Shown one piece after another: positions 35,220 to 43,686 of a stretch of 64,000 bases of DNA. Under the pieces are notes generated by a model. The model did not search any database. It was not told where the DNA came from and saw only the letters and a program-made list of their open reading frames with translations. The DNA is taken from NCBI GenBank assembly GCA_018432935.1, contig JAHDSF010000047.1:4463-68462 (forward strand), written 5' to 3'. This DNA is from Rhodospirillales bacterium (GTDB taxonomy: Bacteria > Pseudomonadota > Alphaproteobacteria > Rhodospirillales > Shumkoniaceae). The position numbers and the translations under genes were made by a program. Numbering within the stretch: position 1 is the first letter of the stretch; each line of letters opens with the position of its first letter.

Positions 35220-36479
35220 GTGGCGTTGGCGACCCGATCCGGCAGCGCGGATCTTCCCCTCCACGGCGGCCGGGTGCCGGCGTGGCTGGCCGGGCGCATG
35301 GCGCGGCTGGGCGCGGTGATCGCCGAGGCGATCGTGCGCACCTACGGCCGCGACGAGTTCCTGCGCCGCCTCGCCCATCCCTTCTGGTTCCAGTCGTTCG
35401 GCGCCGTGATGGGGATGGACTGGCATTCCTCGGGCATCACCACCAGCGTGATCGGGGCGCTGAAGCGCGGGCTGGCGCCGCTTGAAGGCGAGCTGGGGCT
35501 GCACGTCTGCGGCGGCCGCGGCCGGCACTCGCGCAAGACTCCCGATGAACTGCTGGGCCTGGGCGAGCGGGTCGGCTTCGACGCCGCCGCCCTGGTACGG
35601 GCGAGCCGACTGGTCGCCAAGGTCGACAGCGCCGCGGTGCAGGACGGCTTCGAGCTCTACCTGCACGGCTTCATCGTCGCCGACGACGGCCGCTGGGTGG
35701 TGGTGCAGCAGGGCATGAACGGGGCGAAGCGGCAGGCGCGTCGCTACCACTGGCTTTCCGAGGGTCTGACCAGCTTCGTCGAAGAGCCGCATGCGGCGAT
35801 CGAGGGGCCGTCGCGCGGCGAAATCGTCAACCTCACCGACCGTCGCGCCACCGCCTCCCGCGAAGGCCAGCTTGCCCTGCTGCGCGACCTCGGCCCCGAC
35901 CGCCTGGTGCGCGAAGCAGCGGCCATCGAAGCCGCCCCGGCGCCCGTCCTGCCGCTGCTGCCGCACCTGGTCATGCCCGCCCGCCACGAGGTGCAGGCCG
36001 GGGACGTGATGCTGCGGCGCCTGCACGGGGCGCTCGCCGCGGCGGCCGACCGGGCGCCGGCGGACTTCGCGGAGCTGCTGCTCACACCCGGGGTCGGGGC
36101 GCGCACCGTGCGCTCGCTCGCCATGGTCGCCGAGGTGGTGCACGGCGCCCCCTGCCGCTTCGCCGACCCGGCGCGCTTCTCGCTTGCCCACGGCGGCAAG
36201 GACGGCCATCCCTTCCCGGTTCCGCTCGCGGTCTACGACCGCACCATCGCCGTGCTCAAGGCAGCGGTCGAGAACGCCAGGCTCGGCAACGACGAGCGGC
36301 TGGCGGCGATCCGCCGTCTCGACGAGCAGGCGCGGGTGCTGGAACGCAGCACATCCGGCCCCTCGTTCGACGCCTTCGTCGCCGCCGAACGGGCGCAGTC
36401 CCCGGCCTACGGCGGGCAGACGGTCGGCGGACCGGCACCCGTCGGCACCGCGGCGGCGGGCAAGCCGGGCCGAACCTAG
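35220..36479 (+). CDS. DUF763 domain-containing protein
   Basis: 419-aa ORF with a GTG start. The N-terminal block SADLPLHGGRVPAWL...PFWFQSFGAVMGMDWHSSGITTSVIGALKRGL matches my recollection of DUF763. Confidence 0.7.
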   Translation: MALATRSGSADLPLHGGRVPAWLAGRMARLGAVIAEAIVRTYGRDEFLRRLAHPFWFQSFGAVMGMDWHSSGITTSVIGALKRGLAPLEGELGLHVCGGRGRHSRKTPDELLGLGERVGFDAAALVRASRLVAKVDSAAVQDGFELYLHGFIVADDGRWVVVQQGMNGAKRQARRYHWLSEGLTSFVEEPHAAIEGPSRGEIVNLTDRRATASREGQLALLRDLGPDRLVREAAAIEAAPAPVLPLLPHLVMPARHEVQAGDVMLRRLHGALAAAADRAPADFAELLLTPGVGARTVRSLAMVAEVVHGAPCRFADPARFSLAHGGKDGHPFPVPLAVYDRTIAVLKAAVENARLGNDERLAAIRRLDEQARVLERSTSGPSFDAFVAAERAQSPAYGGQTVGGPAPVGTAAAGKPGRT

Positions 36480-37396
36480 CCGGCGTTCCCCCGGGCCGCC
36501 TCCCGGATGCCGCAGTCCAGGGCGTCGAGCAGGGTGAGGACAGCCCGGTTGAGAGGCGCCGCCACGCCGTGGGCATCGGCGGTCCGTACGACCGCGCCGT
36601 TCAGATACTGGTGCTCCAGCGGGGCTCCGCGCAGGCGGTCGTAGAGCATCGAGGTGCCGCTGGCGGTGCCGAACCCGGTCATCCGCGAGAGGGTGTGCTC
36701 GACATCCGCATCGGACAGCTTGGCGCCGGCGGCGCGGCCCGCCGCCGCGGCTTCGAGAAGCAGGCCGCGGGCAAGATCCCGGATCGCCGGCTCGGCCAGC
36801 ACGTCGACCCGCCGCATCGTGAGAGCAGTGATCGGGTTGGCGGCAACGTTGCCCAGCAACTTGCGCCAGGACTCGGTCGTGAAGTCGTCGACCTGCTCGA
36901 CCTCGATCAGGCCGTTGCCGGCCAGCAGGCGGGCCAGGGCCGCGCCCTGAGGACCGGCCGGAACGACGACGCGGCGGCCGCGGTGATGAACGATGCGCCC
37001 CGCCTCGATCCGCTCGACCGCGGCGTAGACCAGAGCCTGGATCACCGGCGTCGCGGCGTCGACCAGGGGACGGATCCGCTGCTCCGGCTCGATCCCGTTC
37101 TGGGCGGCGACCACGACGGAGGCCGGACCGACGAGGCGTTCCAGCCATGGCGCGGCGCCGGCCGTGTCCTGGACCTTGGTCGCCACCACCACCCAGTCCG
37201 TCGGATCCTGAGACGCGGGATCGGTGGCGATCTCCGCCGGCACGGTCCGCCACGATCCGCCGGTCGCGACCTGCAGCGCCCGGATCGGCGTCCGCACGCA
37301 GAGCGTCACCGGCACCCCCGCCGCCTGGGCGGCCGCCGCGAACAAGGCTCCCACCGCGCCGCCGCCGACCACCGCGAACCTGGCCGTACCCGTCAT
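36476..37396 (-). CDS. panE: 2-dehydropantoate 2-reductase (ApbA/PanE family)
   Basis: ORF 36476..37486. Start taken at MTGTARFAVVGGGAVGALFAA (Rossmann GxGxxG), preceded by GGAGGCAAGGA. It has a ketopantoate-reductase C-terminal helical domain. Its stop overlaps the DUF763 stop (CTAG). Confidence 0.75.
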   Translation of the reverse strand: MTGTARFAVVGGGAVGALFAAAAQAAGVPVTLCVRTPIRALQVATGGSWRTVPAEIATDPASQDPTDWVVVATKVQDTAGAAPWLERLVGPASVVVAAQNGIEPEQRIRPLVDAATPVIQALVYAAVERIEAGRIVHHRGRRVVVPAGPQGAALARLLAGNGLIEVEQVDDFTTESWRKLLGNVAANPITALTMRRVDVLAEPAIRDLARGLLLEAAAAGRAAGAKLSDADVEHTLSRMTGFGTASGTSMLYDRLRGAPLEHQYLNGAVVRTADAHGVAAPLNRAVLTLLDALDCGIREAARGNAG

Positions 37397-37576
37397 CGTT
37401 CCTTGCCTCCTCTTGCCGCCGGCGCCGCACCATAGCCGACGGCACCAGCCGCGGCGACCCCCGAAGGAATTCCCGCAATGCGGCACGCTATGGGAACCGG
37501 AGGTTGCGAGGGAGGCGCTATCCTGGAAAAGCCGGCCCGTGCCGCCCCTGCCAAGGCCGTTGCAGTCGCGCCCTCG

Positions 37577-38605
37577 CTATTGCGGGGCCGGAGCACGCTC
37601 CTCGATATCGCGGCTGAACTGCTCCCAGAAGCCGGGCGCCACATCGACCGCCCGGGTCTGTTGCTGCAGCGGCGGGGGAGCCGCCTCGCCCGGCGGGGTG
37701 TCGCCGGCCGGCGCCTCGCCGGCTGCCGGGGGCGGATCGGGCGTGGTCGCCGGCTCCGGCGGGGGAGCCGGAGGCTCGCTCAGGACCGGAGGGGGCGGCG
37801 GGGCCCCGGTCGGCACCTCCGGGACGGAGGGCGCATTTTCCGGCGCCGCGGCAGGCGCCGCGGACGGCACGGCATCCGGCTCCGCGGCGGGGGCCGGGTT
37901 CGGCTCCACGGCAGGGACGGGCTCGGGAGCGGGGGTCGGCGGCAGCACGATCGGTTTCGGCGCCGGCTGCGCCGGCGGCGGCTCCGTCCCCCGGAGGTCG
38001 GCCGGCAGTGTCGCGGGCCGGCTCTCCGGAGCCGGCTGGGCGGCCGGGGCCGGTTCCTTTGCCGCCTCCTTGGCAGCGGGCTCGGCCGGCTGCGAATAGT
38101 CTGGGATGATGCGGGCCTGATTGCCGGTGATGACCAGCACCCTCTGGCCGATCGGCAGCGGCGCCGGCTCGCGTTGCGTCACCGACAGCAGGTCGCCGTT
38201 GGACTTGCGGACGATGTACTCCCACCCGGTGGTGTCGCCGGTGACGTGCTCGATCGCGGTGCCGACGATGCTGCCGGCGGCCGAGCCACCGACTGCGCCC
38301 AGCGCTGATTGGAGGTTGGTCGGGCCCGCCTGGGCGCCGAGGATGCCGCCGGCGGCACCGCCGGTGACCGCGCCTACGGTGCCGTTGGCGCTGATCGCCA
38401 CCTCGCGGTAGCCGATGACGACCGCGGTCTCGACCTTGTTCGCCTGCTGGACGGCGTTGGCGGAATAAGTGTTCGGCGAATAGTCCGGGCTGCACCCTGC
38501 GAGGGCGATCAGCACGGCGGCCCACAGGCCTGATCTGGCAGATCGCAACGCGACGACCCCATCGATGGGAAAGCGGGAGTGTCCAAACACGGGATCCGTC
38601 CTCAT
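37577..38605 (-). CDS. SlyB-like (glycine-zipper) outer-membrane lipoprotein with long Pro/Ala-rich C-terminal tail
   Basis: 342-aa ORF with lipobox LIALAGC and glycine zipper GAVTGGAAGGILGAQAG...GAVGGSAAGSIVG. About 170 aa of PAPEP-type low complexity follows. An alternative TTG start at 38548 gives a classical lipoprotein signal. Confidence 0.75.
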   Translation of the reverse strand: MRTDPVFGHSRFPIDGVVALRSARSGLWAAVLIALAGCSPDYSPNTYSANAVQQANKVETAVVIGYREVAISANGTVGAVTGGAAGGILGAQAGPTNLQSALGAVGGSAAGSIVGTAIEHVTGDTTGWEYIVRKSNGDLLSVTQREPAPLPIGQRVLVITGNQARIIPDYSQPAEPAAKEAAKEPAPAAQPAPESRPATLPADLRGTEPPPAQPAPKPIVLPPTPAPEPVPAVEPNPAPAAEPDAVPSAAPAAAPENAPSVPEVPTGAPPPPPVLSEPPAPPPEPATTPDPPPAAGEAPAGDTPPGEAAPPPLQQQTRAVDVAPGFWEQFSRDIEERAPAPQ

Positions 38606-38771
38606 CCGGCATCTTTGTGGTCAAATTAGGGCGGAGCCGCTCCTTGGGCGCGGCGCCCGCACGGGGAACCCCGAGCAACCAGGACGCCGGTCATGGAATA
38701 CGCCTCGATCCCCTGATGACCTGGCAAACACGGACCTCCCCATTCCGCCCCAGCCCTGCTAGGTTCCCGCC

Positions 38772-39314
38772 ATGACGAACGCGGGGCTGCACTGGCGGGC
38801 GATGGCGGCACGCGATCTGCCTGCCGTGAACCGGGTGGCGGATGCGGTGCATCCTCTGTACCCCGAGGACGATGCGGTGTTTGCCGAGCGGCTCGCGCTC
38901 TATCCCGCGGGTTGCCTGGTGCTTGAGGGAAACGCCGGCGTGCAGGGCTATGCGGTGGCACATCCCTGGATCCTCGGGCGGCCACCGGCATTGAACACCC
39001 TCCTCGGGCATTTGCCGGAGGAGGCCGACACCTTCTACATCCACGATGTCGCGGTACTGCCCGCAGCCCGCGGCGCCAGGCATGCGGCTGCCGGCGTCGC
39101 CCTCCTCCTCGAGACGGCCGCCCGCGACGGCTTCGGCAACGTCTCGCTGGTGGCCATCAGGGGCGCGGCCGGGTTCTGGGAGAAGCTCGGCTTCTCCGTC
39201 GAGGACGCCCCGGCGCTGCATGACAAGCTGGCCGCCTACGACGACGCTGCGCGGCTGATGGTGCGGCGAAGCACGCGCGGGGAAGTTTCCTCCCCGCGCA
39301 GCGACCTCGCCTAG
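38772..39314 (+). CDS. GNAT family N-acetyltransferase
   Basis: 180-aa ORF with IHDVAVLPAARGARHAAAGVALL (motif A-like) and FWEKLGF. Confidence 0.7.
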   Translation: MTNAGLHWRAMAARDLPAVNRVADAVHPLYPEDDAVFAERLALYPAGCLVLEGNAGVQGYAVAHPWILGRPPALNTLLGHLPEEADTFYIHDVAVLPAARGARHAAAGVALLLETAARDGFGNVSLVAIRGAAGFWEKLGFSVEDAPALHDKLAAYDDAARLMVRRSTRGEVSSPRSDLA

Positions 39315-39814
39315 CTGCCCAGGTTCTTCTGCAGGCTCTGCGCCGTCTCCAGGTGCTTCCTGAGGACCGGGAGGACCTCCTTGGCATGGGCGGCGACCTG
39401 CGCGTTTTCCGACTTTGCTGCCGTCGTGTACTTGTCGATCGTCTTTTTGTGCCCCTCGACCATGTGCTGGACGAACTGCTTGTCGAACTGCTGCCCGGAC
39501 ATCCCGGACAGCTTCTTGAACTCCTGCCGGGCCTCGGCGGTGGGCTTGGCCGGAACCTCGACGCCAAGGGATTCAGCAACCTTCTGTGCCTCGTCCATCG
39601 CCTTGGAATGGTCCTCGGCCAGAGTGCGGCCATATTCCTTCACGGTCTCGTTCTGCGCCTTCTCCTGGGCGAGTTCGCCCATCCTGGTCTCGGCGGCGTC
39701 GCCGTGGATTGCGTCCTGAAGGAACGCCTTCGGGCCCTGATCGGCGGCCGCCGCCGGGCCTGCCAAGGCGAGGACGGTGACGAAGACGAAAGCGGTGCTG
39801 AGTCGTGCCGTCAT
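39311..39814 (-). CDS. DUF4142 domain-containing protein (secreted)
   Basis: Uses an internal ATG of ORF 39311..40117. Signal peptide MTARLSTAFVFVTVLALAGPAAAA, then two ferritin-like helical repeats (ETRMGELAQEKA...EDHSKA / QFVQHMVEGHKKT). Confidence 0.75.
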   Translation of the reverse strand: MTARLSTAFVFVTVLALAGPAAAADQGPKAFLQDAIHGDAAETRMGELAQEKAQNETVKEYGRTLAEDHSKAMDEAQKVAESLGVEVPAKPTAEARQEFKKLSGMSGQQFDKQFVQHMVEGHKKTIDKYTTAAKSENAQVAAHAKEVLPVLRKHLETAQSLQKNLGS

Positions 39815-39930
39815 GGGGATCTCCCTTCCGTTGTGCTGCCTGAAGGACGGCCCGGCGTCCCGGTTGTTCCTCGCTTGCTGCCGCCTCGGCCTGCCCGCTA
39901 CAGTTTCGGGCAGGCATTGCGGAGGACGAC

Positions 39931-40374
39931 ATGGGCAATACTGGCGCGCTGAGCATCGGAACCCTCGGGACCGAAGACATTGAAGACGCGGTCGCCCTGT
40001 GGGGGGACGCGGGCCTGATCCGCCCCTGGAACGATCCCCGGGCGGACATCCGCTGCGCCCTCGGCCGCGCCGACGCCACCGTGCTGGCCGGGCGCATCGC
40101 GGGCCGGCTGGGGGCAACGGCCATGGTGGGCTGCGACGGCCACCGCGGCTGGGTCTACTATCTGGCGGTCGCTGCGGACTACCGCGGTCGGGGCTTCGGC
40201 CGGGCGATGATGGATGCGGCCGAGGCGTTCACCGCGGCGCGCGGCATTGCGAAGATCCAGGTCATGGTGCGGGGCGACAACACCGCCGTGGTCGGGTTCT
40301 ACAGGGCGCTCGGCTACGAGACCGGCGACGTCGTCGTACTGGGGCGCCGTCTCGACGCACGCCTTGCCGCTTGA
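39931..40374 (+). CDS. GNAT family N-acetyltransferase (YpeA-like)
   Basis: 147-aa ORF with YYLAVAADYRGRGFGRAMMDAAE (motif A) and FYRALGY. Confidence 0.8.
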   Translation: MGNTGALSIGTLGTEDIEDAVALWGDAGLIRPWNDPRADIRCALGRADATVLAGRIAGRLGATAMVGCDGHRGWVYYLAVAADYRGRGFGRAMMDAAEAFTAARGIAKIQVMVRGDNTAVVGFYRALGYETGDVVVLGRRLDARLAA

Positions 40375-40440
40375 GGATCGCCGCATGCGAGGTTATTACC
40401 ATCCGGGTTCGCATGCGGGTTTTGATCGGAGGCTGCGGGC

Positions 40441-40839
40441 GTGCAGAAGAGCATCCAATGGCGAAGCTGCTACGAGGTCGGTGACAAGCGCATCGACACC
40501 GAGCATCGGATCTTCCTCGGCCTGATTGCACAGCTCGCCGACGACATCGGCCGCGGCCGCGAGCGGGAGCGCATCGAGCGGACCTTCGCCGAGATCGTCA
40601 AGTACGGCGAGTTCCACTTCCTCAGCGAAGAGAACCTGATGATCGAGTCCGGCTACCCGGAGTACAGCCGGCACAAGGCGATCCACGACCGGCTGCTGGC
40701 CGATCTGCGCGGCATCCAGGCCGAACGCCGGGACGGCGACGCGCTGATCGAGTTCGTTGTCGACTGGTTCACCAAGCACACCGTATCCGAGGACACAAGG
40801 ATCGCGAACCACCTCGCCTTGTGGCGGGCCTCCGCCTGA
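40441..40839 (+). CDS. Bacteriohemerythrin (hemerythrin-like metal-binding protein)
   Basis: 132-aa ORF with a GTG start. Contains W...YEVGDKRIDTEHRIFLGL, HFLSEE, H..IHD and WF..H (His/Glu/Asp di-iron ligand pattern). Confidence 0.85.
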   Translation: MQKSIQWRSCYEVGDKRIDTEHRIFLGLIAQLADDIGRGRERERIERTFAEIVKYGEFHFLSEENLMIESGYPEYSRHKAIHDRLLADLRGIQAERRDGDALIEFVVDWFTKHTVSEDTRIANHLALWRASA

Positions 40840-40996
40840 ATTCTTGCCCGGCATCGGGGATACCCTCTTCGAAACGGCGACCGGCCGCTTTTCCGCGACG
40901 TTGCCCGGAGACGCTTGAGCCGTAGGCGCTTTTCGCTCTCTGGCGCCCGTTGCCCGCGGGAGAGACTCTCACACAACCGTGATTCCTGCTTCTCTT

Positions 40997-41062
40997 GTCG
41001 GGTTTTTCCCGACCTCCCACGTCGGGAATATGAGAAGACGAAAATCCGACTGTGGAGGGTCG
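40997..41062 (+). promoter_or_regulatory. Candidate 5'-leader RNA structure with mutually exclusive hairpins
   Basis: GTCGGG(40997)-TTTTT-CCCGAC(41008)-ctcccac-GTCGGG(41021). In addition, a 16-bp imperfect stem spans 41010-41025/41046-41062 around an A-rich 20-nt loop. It lies 45 nt upstream of the ATG at 41107. Confidence 0.3.
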
Positions 41063-41106
41063 TTCGGATACCGCGGGCATGCCGCCCGAGAAGAAGGAGC
41101 CAGCAC

Positions 41107-41424
41107 ATGACACGGTATCGCATCCCTCTGGGAATCCTGGCAGCCGCCAGCCTGGGCATGGCCCCGCTGGCTTACGCCGCCGATCCGGCCCCTGGCCCGG
41201 TGTGCGGCGAGCACAGCGCCATCAAGGACGCCCTGTCGAAGACGTACTCCGAGAAGCCGGTCGCGATGGGCCTCGCCAGCAACGGCACGGTGGTCGAGAT
41301 ATTCGCGTCTCGGACCGGAAGCTTCACCATCATCATGACCGAGCCGACCGGCCGCAGCTGCATGCTGACGGCGGGCGAGGGCTACGAGAGCATTCCGCGC
41401 CAGCTGACGGATCTTCACATCTGA
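41107..41424 (+). CDS. Hypothetical secreted protein (105 aa, two Cys)
   Basis: Uses an internal ATG of ORF 40915..41424, with AAGGAG 8 nt upstream. Signal peptide MTRYRIPLGILAAASLGMAPLAYA. No family recognised. Confidence 0.6.
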   Translation: MTRYRIPLGILAAASLGMAPLAYAADPAPGPVCGEHSAIKDALSKTYSEKPVAMGLASNGTVVEIFASRTGSFTIIMTEPTGRSCMLTAGEGYESIPRQLTDLHI

Positions 41425-41594
41425 TCGCAGCCGGCGCCGGAGGAGGACTGCAGCCCTGGCGGCCCCGGTTACCCCTTCCGGCGTGGCCGCCCTGACGAAG
41501 ATGGAGAGCGGCGTCGATTCCTCTTTTGTGTATGATCCGCATTCGCAATATTGAGGATGGCGGAATGGCGTCAGAAAGACTTTGGAGATTGGAT

Positions 41595-41762
41595 ATGCGG
41601 AAGTTCGTCAGCGGGGCTCTCATCGTTGCGGCATCCCTCGCCTTTGCCGGCGCTGCAGCCGCTCAGTGCAAGCCCAAGCCGGAGGCGTCGATCGCCCCCG
41701 CTCAGACCCAGGGCTCCTCCACGCAGGTCGCCCTGATCGCGCCGGCGTCCCAGCCGAGTTAG
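41595..41762 (+). CDS. Hypothetical small secreted protein (55 aa)
   Basis: Uses an internal ATG of ORF 41526..41762, with GGAG 7 nt upstream. Signal peptide MRKFVSGALIVAASLAFAGAAAA. Confidence 0.45.
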   Translation: MRKFVSGALIVAASLAFAGAAAAQCKPKPEASIAPAQTQGSSTQVALIAPASQPS

Positions 41763-41779
41763 CGGGCCGCCGCAACCGG

Positions 41780-42484
41780 TCAGTGGATGTCCCGGGCGCG
41801 GCCCAGCGCCTCGCGGATGGTAGCGACGCCGAAGCCGGGTTGCCGGCAGGCGTCGAGCAACAGCTTTTCGCGCCGGGCGATGCGGTCGATTGCCGCCGGA
41901 AGCTCGGCCGCTACCGCGACCGGGATCACCGCCGCCCCGTGGCGATCTGCGTGAATGAGGTCTCCGGGCGAGACCACCATCCCATGAACCTCGACCCGGC
42001 ACGCGGTTTCCACCACATGCACGAAGCCGTGACTGGGGCTGGTGCCGCCCGCGATCATCTGGAATCCGGCAGCTACCATATCGAGGTCTCGTACCGAACC
42101 GTCGGTGACGACCCCAAGGCTGCCGAGCGCCTTGTGCACGGCCGTATGAACCTCGCCCCACCAGGCGCCTTGACCGGGCGGCTGGTCTAGGTCCTGGATC
42201 ACCGTCACTGTCGGATGGGGTGCTGCCGCGACGTGCTCGTAGTAGGCAAGCCGCGCCTCGAGCGCGGTTTCGCGGTCGCGCTCGGTCGGAACGCGGGCGC
42301 GAATGGTGGCGGTCCGGGCGTAGCCGACCAGCGGCGGCAGATCCGGATGCACGCACATCAACGGCCGCACCGTGCAGTTGAGCGGGGCGCTCCCGAGCAG
42401 CTCCTCGAGCCCGTTGCAGATGGTCGGGGTATCGAAACCCCGCAGATGTTCCAGCAGATCGGCAGGCAGCGCAGTGTCGGACAT
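41780..42484 (-). CDS. RraA family protein (RraA / 4-hydroxy-4-methyl-2-oxoglutarate aldolase-like)
   Basis: ORF 41780..42559 with blocks TPTICNGLE, GQGAWWGEV, GVVTDGSVRD and GDLIHADRHG. Start at MSDTALP (42484) or MAGFDL (42502). Confidence 0.75.
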   Translation of the reverse strand: MSDTALPADLLEHLRGFDTPTICNGLEELLGSAPLNCTVRPLMCVHPDLPPLVGYARTATIRARVPTERDRETALEARLAYYEHVAAAPHPTVTVIQDLDQPPGQGAWWGEVHTAVHKALGSLGVVTDGSVRDLDMVAAGFQMIAGGTSPSHGFVHVVETACRVEVHGMVVSPGDLIHADRHGAAVIPVAVAAELPAAIDRIARREKLLLDACRQPGFGVATIREALGRARDIH

Positions 42485-42636
42485 GAGATCGAACCCCGCC
42501 ATTGGGCTGTTTGATGGCAAATGGGGAACGACAATACAAGGCGCTATACGCACGTACAACCTACGTCAAACCGGCTTCACACGAAGGGAGCCGACGGTTA
42601 CAACAGATCTTGGCATTGGCAACCGCTCAAGCGTTC

Positions 42637-43686
42637 ATGAAGAAACGGCAGGTCACGTCTCTGGACGTCGCCCGCATGGCCGGGGTCTCCCAGTCCGCGG
42701 TCTCGCGGACCTTCACGCCCGGCGCCTGCGTGTCCGAGAAGACCCGCCTGAAGGTAATGACGGCGGCGCGGCTGCTCGGCTACAAGCCGAACGCCATCGC
42801 CCGCAGCCTGATCACCCAACGCACCAACATGATCGGCGTCGTCATCGGCGACACCATCAACCCGTTCTACTCCGAGGTTCTGGAGGAGACGACGCAGCGC
42901 CTTCAAGCAACCGGACGGCAGGTCATGCTGTTCGTCGCCGCCGCCAACCTCGACCCTGGCGAGGCCCTGCCCCAGGCCCTGCAGTACCAGGTCGACGGGG
43001 TGATCGTTTCGACGGCGGCCCTGTCGCCCCAGATGGCCCTGGAGTGCGCCAACGTCGGCACCCCGATGGTGCTCGTCAACCGCACCATCGAAGGTCTCGA
43101 CATCCCCTCGGTCAACGTCGATCACGAGAGCGGCGCGCGGGCGGCCGCTGACGTTCTGGCCGACGCCGGCTACCGCCGCCTGGCCTTCGTCAACGGCATC
43201 CAGACTTCCAGCGGCAACGAAGCGCGCCGCCGTGCCTTCCAGCGGAGAATTGCCGAGCGCGGCCTGCCGCCAGCGCTGGAAGACGTGGGCTCGTACACCT
43301 ACAACGGCGGTTTCGCTGCCGTGATCCGACTGATGACGATGACCCGGGAGCACCGTCCCGAAGCGATCTTCTGCGCCAATGACGTGATGGCGCTGGGCGG
43401 CCTCCACGCCGTTCGCCATCACCTCGGCCTGCGGGTGCCCGAGGACGTCTCGATCATCGGCTTCGACGACATCCCGGAAGCTTCCTGGCCTTCTGTCGAC
43501 CTGACGACCATCCGGGTGTGGCCGCGTGAACTGGCAGCCCGCGCGGTCTCGATGGTGCTGGGCATGGTCGAGTCCCGGACGACGACCTGCGACAGCCAGA
43601 TCCTCCCGGTCGAGCTGGTGGTGCGGGCGAGCACGAGGCCGGCCGGGTCGAAGGCTTCCGCAACGGCGGAGCGGGTGGCGACATGA
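42637..43686 (+). CDS. LacI family transcriptional regulator
   Basis: Uses an internal ATG of ORF 42502..43686. HTH MKKRQVTSLDVARMAGVSQSAVSRTF plus a sugar-binding-like domain. Confidence 0.9.
   Translation: MKKRQVTSLDVARMAGVSQSAVSRTFTPGACVSEKTRLKVMTAARLLGYKPNAIARSLITQRTNMIGVVIGDTINPFYSEVLEETTQRLQATGRQVMLFVAAANLDPGEALPQALQYQVDGVIVSTAALSPQMALECANVGTPMVLVNRTIEGLDIPSVNVDHESGARAAADVLADAGYRRLAFVNGIQTSSGNEARRRAFQRRIAERGLPPALEDVGSYTYNGGFAAVIRLMTMTREHRPEAIFCANDVMALGGLHAVRHHLGLRVPEDVSIIGFDDIPEASWPSVDLTTIRVWPRELAARAVSMVLGMVESRTTTCDSQILPVELVVRASTRPAGSKASATAERVAT

Noticed and set aside
34989-37478. 829-aa minus-strand ORF
   Set aside because: It spans the antisense of the DUF763 gene and fuses in frame into the region upstream of panE. 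The sequence is Arg/Gly/Pro/Ala junk. The DUF763 (plus) and panE (minus, from 37396) readings both show conserved family blocks.
37224-38308. Gly/Ala/Ser-rich plus-strand ORFs, and apparently repetitive DNA that could suggest a VNTR or a CRISPR-like array
   Set aside because: The repetitiveness is the reverse complement of the Pro/Ala-rich coding tail of the lipoprotein gene (37577..38605). There are no regularly spaced identical repeats or spacers.
42552-42622. Candidate operators for the second LacI regulator (ACGTA-caacc-TACGT at 42552-42566; TTGGCATTGGCAA at 42610-42622)
   Set aside because: The first is only a 5-bp inverted repeat. The second is a direct rather than inverted repeat. Neither resembles the 14-20-bp palindromes typical of LacI operators closely enough to call.
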